DNA of 63,560 bases, the filler included, from Octopus bimaculoides (lineage: Eukaryota), in assembly GCF_001194135.2 (NCBI RefSeq). It is 4 parts of 4 records of this genome, joined end to end, with 100 filler letters (N's around TTAATTAATTAA, not from the genome) between each part and the next. Parts side by side here need not be neighbours in the genome. Positions count along the whole stretch, not along the records: positions 52,499 to 63,560 come from NC_068997.1; 3 more parts are not named here. One strand, given 5' to 3'. Position numbers and translations under genes: made by a program. The notes under the pieces were generated by a model that worked only from the letters and a program-made list of their open reading frames with translations, had not been told where the DNA came from and ran no database searches. Below, piece by piece: positions 63,176-63,560 of the stretch (its first letter is position 1; the number at the start of each line of letters is the position of its first letter).

Positions 63176-63510
63176 ATATATGTATATATGTATGTATGTA
63201 TGTATGTGTGCGTGCGCGTGCGTCCCTTTTGATACAAAACCGCCCGAGATTGCCCCAGGATCTATGGTACAAGCTTCCTGCATTAAAATGATTTCAATTA
63301 AAGTCATCCATCAAAATTTCATGTTGAATTATGTTCCAGACACCAACTTAATAACGACAAAGTTATTTTCGCAAAATTCTTCAGAATTCTACAAAATTAA
63401 TAGAAAAAAAAATGCCATTTCAACAACATCCTTTTGCCTTTTGTTATTTCTAAGTGCATGTATGTATGTATGTATGTATGTATGTATGTATGTATGTATG
63501 TATGTATGTA

Positions 63511-63557
<47 letters not shown>

Positions 63558-63560
63558 ATG

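Overview
AT-rich, gap-ridden, microsatellite-saturated eukaryotic DNA. The repeat content (abundant tRNA-headed SINEs with internal microsatellites; (CA)n, (TA)n, (TATG)n, (TATC)n, (AAT)n and (CAT)n tracts) looks like an octopus/coleoid cephalopod draft genome; this is inference from pattern recognition, not a database match. I cannot support any intact protein-coding gene: almost all listed ORFs are translated microsatellites or N-runs. What is supportable is transposon debris: an internally deleted DD36E Tc1-like element with TIRs (4-872); an end-to-end hAT (hATm-like) element with an 8-bp TSD and a dead transposase (1990-4752); mariner and DD37D remnants; RTE, CR1-like, Tx1-like, R4/Dong-like and Penelope-like retroelement fragments; four modular SINE families; several MITE-like foldbacks; and small satellites. 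The most interesting signals are a near-complete hammerhead ribozyme motif at 40226-40285 plus three degenerate ones, an identical head-to-tail SINE dimer junction at two loci, a GC-rich palindromic element dense in STAT/NF-kB-like motifs (21560-22040), and a few weak candidate exons, one of them ankyrin-like. Three artificial N44-TTAATTAATTAA-N44 spacers show the window is four joined sequence blocks, so adjacency across 15720-15819, 41673-41772 and 52399-52498 is not proven. I did not find convincing evidence of a new multi-gene system.
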